Source: the human T2T-CHM13v2.0 reference genome, Homo sapiens. From it: a DNA stretch of 64,000 nucleotides. Positions within the stretch are counted from its first letter, which is position 1; the number at the start of each line of letters is the position of its first letter. The notes under the pieces are model-generated. The model saw only the letters and a program-made list of their open reading frames with translations. It was not told the DNA's origin and did not search any database. Positions 38,404-64,000 of this stretch are shown here, piece by piece. The position numbers were made by a program, and so were the translations under genes. The stretch lies in assembly GCF_009914755.1 (NCBI RefSeq), contig NC_060925.1; one strand, written 5' to 3'.

Positions 38404-38950
38404 GTCCTGACAGCAACATGATGGAACAGACTGAGCATCTGTTCCTCTCCCTGTTTGTAGATAGGCACCCCAGGCCAGAAAGCCTGTGGGACTGGCCAAG
38501 GTTACACAGCAAATTCACAGCAGGTATTTTTTCAGTGGCCTCATACAGGACACTTTATTTTTATATTAAAACAAACAAAGATACAGAGCAGAACGCCAAA
38601 TTCACATGAACTTTTAAGATAAAATATGAGACTTAAGAAATAGTTGGTTACTGTAGTGACTGATACAGACCATAAATGAGTCCAAACTCTTACAGGTAGT
38701 ATGGGATGGAGTTGGGACTGGAGTCCACGTCTTCTGACATCCAGTCCCATGGGATTCTGCCCCCCACCCAATCTTTCTCACCTTTGCACCATCCTAGGGA
38801 GATTACAGAATTCTTTCCCACCCATTTTCTTACCCATACAACAATCCTGCAATCCAGGCCTGGATGGTTATCTAGGAAACTAAGGCCCAGAAGATAAGTG
38901 GCTTGTCCAGACCACCACACTCAAAATTGATGGATCAAAGACTTGAACTC

Positions 38951-39619
<669 letters not shown>

Positions 39620-40495
39620 ATAAAGTGCATTTTCACCCACCAGATGAAGCCCTCCTCTGCCAGCATTCTGCTTCCCCCCATCATTAGAGCGGCCAGATCC
39701 TAATTGTGCATGTCGGCCTTGCCTTCTGCTACATGTGCACCTTCCCCGCATTATACAAATCCTTACCACAATGTTGTGAAACAATACTGGGCATGGGCTT
39801 CTCTCCCTGTTTCACAGATGGGTCTAGAGACTTACATGACTCAGCCAAGGTCACACTGCAACCCCTGGTATGACCTAGAACAGGCTTCTCAGCCTCAGCA
39901 CCATTGACATTTGGGGCAGGGCAAGTCCTATTGCCCAGTGCATTGTCGGGTGTTTAGCAGCGTCTCTGCTCCCTGCCCACTGGATGCCAATTTACATCAA
40001 CCCCAGCCATGACAACCAAAAATGTCTCCAGATGTTGTCAAAAGGTCTCCTGATGGGCTGAACCAGCCCCATTGAGAAATACTGCCTTAGAACGCTGTGG
40101 GTTCAGCATGCCACCTTAATCTTTTCATTGAAAACACAACTCCTGGCCGGGCGCAGTGGCTCAGCCTGTAATCCCAGCACTTTGGGAGGCCGAGGCGAGC
40201 AGATCATTTAAGGTCAGGAGATTGAGACCAGCCTGGCCAACATGGCGAAACCCTGTCTCTACTAAAAAATACAAAAATTAGCCAGGAATGGTGACACACA
40301 CCTGTAATCCCAGCTACTAGGGAGGCTGAGGCAGGGGAATCACTTGTAACCCAGGAGACAGAGGTTGCAGTGAGCCAAGATAGCACCACTGCACTCCAGC
40401 CTGGGTGACAGAGCAAGACTCCATCTCAGAAGGAAAAAAGAAAAAAAAAGAAAGAAAACACAACTCCTCTCCTCAGTCTTACCCAAGGAGGGGAA

Positions 40496-40527
<32 letters not shown>

Positions 40528-40825
40528 CACAACTCCAAGGACCAACAATTAGTATTTTTCTTCCTTCCCTAATACACAACATAATCTCTTTAAAACAGAT
40601 GGAACTCATATTCCAGTATCTACCCTTGGCATCTTCTCAAAGTATTTCTAGGGTGACAGTTGGGAGAAAATGGAAAAAAAAAATTTGGACACAAGCTCTT
40701 TTTTCCACTGGGCTTTGAGAAAATCCCCATCTTGCGTGCTCCTAGTGTATCTCTCACTGATAAGTTTGCTCATAAAACCAGGGCCTTATCCAGGGCCACG
40801 CTTACAGAACTCCCACGGACACACC

Positions 40826-56012
<15,187 letters not shown>

Positions 56013-56073
56013 CCAAAAGAAGTCCCTGGGACTGTTTCAGACTTGGAAAGGTCACAGAAGGAAAATAATATTA

Positions 56074-56079
56074 TATAAA
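56074..56079 (+). terminator. CELA2B: CELA2B variant poly(A) signal TATAAA
   Basis: Aligns to the CELA2A AATAAA at 36768. Confidence 0.6.
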
Positions 56080-56175
56080 GTGACAACTATGCAAATCACA
56101 TCTTGATGAGGGTTTTATTATTATTATTAATTCAGAAATCCATCCTAACATCCAGGGCCCTAAGAACCAGAAATA

Positions 56176-56467
56176 GGTCAGGCGCAATGGCTCAAGCCTG
56201 TAACCCCTGCACTTTGGGAGGCTAAGGCAGGCTGATCGCTTGAGTCCAGGAGTTCAAGACCAGCCTGAGTAACATGGCATAACTCTGTCTCTACTAAAAA
56301 TACAAAAATTAACTGGGAGAGGTGGTGCACACCTGTAGTCCAAGCTACTCAGGTGGCTGAGGTGGAAGGATCTCTTGAGCCCAGGAGGTCGAGACTGCAA
56401 TAAGCCAAGATTGCGTCATTGCACTCCAGCCTGGGCGACAGAGTGAGACCCTATCTCCAAAAAAAAA
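56176..56467 (+). mobile_element. AluJ-type element at the right edge of copy B
   Basis: TSD-like GGCCCTAAGAACCAGAAATAGG / GGCCCAAAAAACAAGAAATAGG. Confidence 0.9.
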
Positions 56468-56991
56468 GGCCCAAAAAACAAGAAATAGGCTGGCATAAGG
56501 ACAGCTTAAAAGACCTCAGGGTGGAGCCTTGTGGGGAAGCCCAGCGTGTCACTATTGCACAGCACGTTCACACTGCAGTCCGGGGGTGCTTCAGCAAGTA
56601 AGGCACATGGGAAGCATGGCTAGGACTCAGGGGACCCAGGTTCTGGCCAGGTCTCTTCTCTGGATAATCGTTTTCCCTTGGACAAGAGACCTAACCTCCC
56701 TGAGCACAGGGTTCTCACCCTTGTTGCCTTCCTGGGATGGGATAAGGATCAAGTGAAATAAGACATGAATAAATGGGGCTGGGTGCAATGGTGCACGCCT
56801 GTAGTAAGAGCTACTTGGGAGGGTCACTTGAGCCCAGGAGTTTGAGACCAGCCTGGGCAACATAGCGAGACCCCAGAAAAACATGGGGAAATGTTTCGAA
56901 AAAAGCAAAAGTCTCTTTTGTAAGGAAGAAGAAAGAGTTGGAGCAAAATGAGGGAAGAAATAGGCAAAAGAGAGTCCATATTTGCCTCAGA

Positions 56992-56997
56992 TTTATT
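56992..56997 (-). terminator. CASP9: CASP9 proximal poly(A) signal
   Basis: TTTATT on + (AATAAA on -), about 650 nt past the stop. Confidence 0.75.
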
Positions 56998-57145
56998 TTT
57001 TAAAATTAATGCAATATAGGAAAAATTAACAATTTTTAAAATTTCACTTAGAATTCATAGATTACAGCTGTTCAGACTCTAGTAGGCCCCGGTTTGCTGA
57101 TCTATGAGCGATACTGGTTTGTGTGTAGCCAAAAATCCCTACAGA

Positions 57146-57352
57146 CCAGTGGTTGTCAGGCGAGGAAAGTTTTATACCCCAGGACATATTTGGCAACACC
57201 TGAGAACCTTTTTGTTTGGCACCACTCAGGAAGACGCGTTACTGGCATTGAGGCAAGGGACAGTGCTGAACATCCCACAATGTACAGGACAGCCTCACAG
57301 CAAAGGGTGACCTGGCCCCACATGTCAGTAGTGCAGAGGTTAATCCCTGCTC
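57146..57352. mobile_element. MER20 in the CASP9 3' UTR
   Basis: CAGTGGTT...GGACATATTTGGCAA...GGCCCCACATGTCAGTAGTGC. Confidence 0.75.
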
Positions 57353-57642
57353 TAGAGACAACACAGGGATCATGGGACACAAGTCACTAGCCCTGGACCA
57401 GCCACTGCTCAAGAGGCCACGTGCAATCCACGGCATTCATCTGTCCCTCTTCCTCCACTGTTCAGCACTTGTCGTCAATCTGGAAGCTGCTAAGAGCCTG
57501 TCTGTCACTGGCAGAGAAAGAGCAGACCCTGTGCCGGCTGCAAAGTCCTTGAGTTGCAGGAAAGTCCAGGCCTCAGCCTCTTTCAGGCCTGGGGCAGGAA
57601 AGCTTTGGGGTGCAAGATAAGGCAGGGTGAGGGGCCCTGGCC

Positions 57643-60152
<2,510 letters not shown>

Positions 60153-60247
60153 CTGCAGGAAGCAGAAACAAACACCTCTTGTCATTGAAATACACAGACA
60201 AGGATGGTTCAACATATGAAAGTCGGTGCAATATACTACATTAACAG

Positions 60248-60847
60248 TGTGAAAGGAAAATAAATCTTGGGACCCCAAACTCATTAAGCCAAACGGAAAA
60301 GTCAAGCTGGGAACTGGGTCACGCAAACCTGCCTCCCCGTTTTGGTTCCTAAATAAGATGGCTACAAGATGAAAAGCTACACACCTCTCCCATATTTTGC
60401 CCACAAGGAAATTCCTGGTGAGCTCCAAGATAGTTGTCTGATAAAATTCACCACGGCAATGTAAATGGATAGCTTATCTTTACAGAGGCATCACCCCTCT
60501 GCCCACCTGGCACAAATGCATATCTGATTATTCCCCTGCCCCATTTGTCTTTGTTATCTTACGTAAAAATGCAGGTTCCCTGCATTTTCCCCTGCCCTAT
60601 GTTACCTTACGTAAAAATGCAAATTCACTGAGCCAGACAAATGCTTGAATGACTATTTCCCCCTACCCTGCTCTTACCTGAAAACTGTGTACTTCTCAAT
60701 ATCCTGCCCTTTCCCCTTTAAATTTGGAACCCTAAAATTCATGTTCAGAGAAAGGCATAGACCTGTCTCCTGGGCGTGCATCCTTAACTTTGGCAAAAGA
60801 AACTTCTTAAATTGACTGAGACCTGTCTCAGATTTTTGGGGTTCATA
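60248..60847 (+). mobile_element. ERV1 (MER4-group-like) solo LTR interrupting an L1
   Basis: TGTGAAAGGAAAATAAATCTTGGGACCCC start; flanks ACAG/AGAG; L1 sequence resumes afterwards. Confidence 0.75.
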
Positions 60848-63230
<2,383 letters not shown>

Positions 63231-63404
63231 AACTTGTCTTTTTTTAGAAATATAGTTGAGGAAACTGTCCACTATATCATAGGCACTCACTCAAACCCTT
63301 TACTCAGGCTGTCAAGATCACAGTGTCCCCTTTAAGACAACCAAGGGAAGAAATGTGTCTGGAGTCTCTATTCCTGACTTCTGTCTTGCAAATACCAGAT
63401 ATAG

Positions 63405-63738
<334 letters not shown>

Positions 63739-64000
63739 AATGATCTTATTTCCAATGGCGGCTGGAAAGCGTAAAAAATGCGCAGGCCACCTCTAGCAAG
63801 TAGCTATCAGTATTCCATTTTATGTAATTAGGCAACTGAGACTGAGATAAGTTAAGGGGTTTCCCCCCAGACAGAGGCTGACTGGGACTTTGACCTACCT
63901 CATTTTTGAGTCTACTATTACCAATGGCTGGGATTTTTCCATGTTTCTTTACATCTGCAAAGTGATTTTATCTCTAAAATCAGTCGTTGTATACCTTAAA

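Noticed and set aside
40670-40825. In-frame upstream ATG extending CELA2B by 52 aa
   Set aside because: Lies upstream of the TATA-like box, and the paralogous ATG in copy A (21315) is out of frame

Overview
Human (primate) genomic DNA, recognisable as the 1p36.21 pancreatic protease cluster. The + strand carries three complete 8-exon serine-protease genes: CTRC (CDS 3180-11311, 268 aa), CELA2A (21472-36708, 269 aa) and CELA2B (40826-56012, 269 aa). The - strand carries the last three exons and 3' UTR of CASP9, tail-to-tail with CELA2B. I assembled all exon boundaries by hand (GT-AG, open frames, identical intron phases 1,0,2,2,1,0,0 in the three proteases). The rest is Alu-dense, with MIR/L2/L1, MaLR/ERV1 LTRs and hAT MITEs, and almost all ORFs in the supplied track are repeat artefacts. 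I found no novel gene system. The best observation is that the history of the CELA2A/CELA2B duplication is readable in the sequence. One Alu target-site duplication (AGAATTTCGCATCT) is split 18.4 kb apart around the CELA2A copy, and both flanking Alus are chimeras. Other notable points: a 196-bp identical tract over exon 5 (gene conversion); clustered activation-site and S1-pocket changes in CELA2B; a degraded CELA2B poly(A) signal facing a convergent CASP9-strand AATAAA; a tiny A-tailed insertion in both promoters; and copy-specific gain and loss of candidate pancreatic enhancer motifs. Repeat subfamily names and repeat edges were assigned by eye and are approximate.
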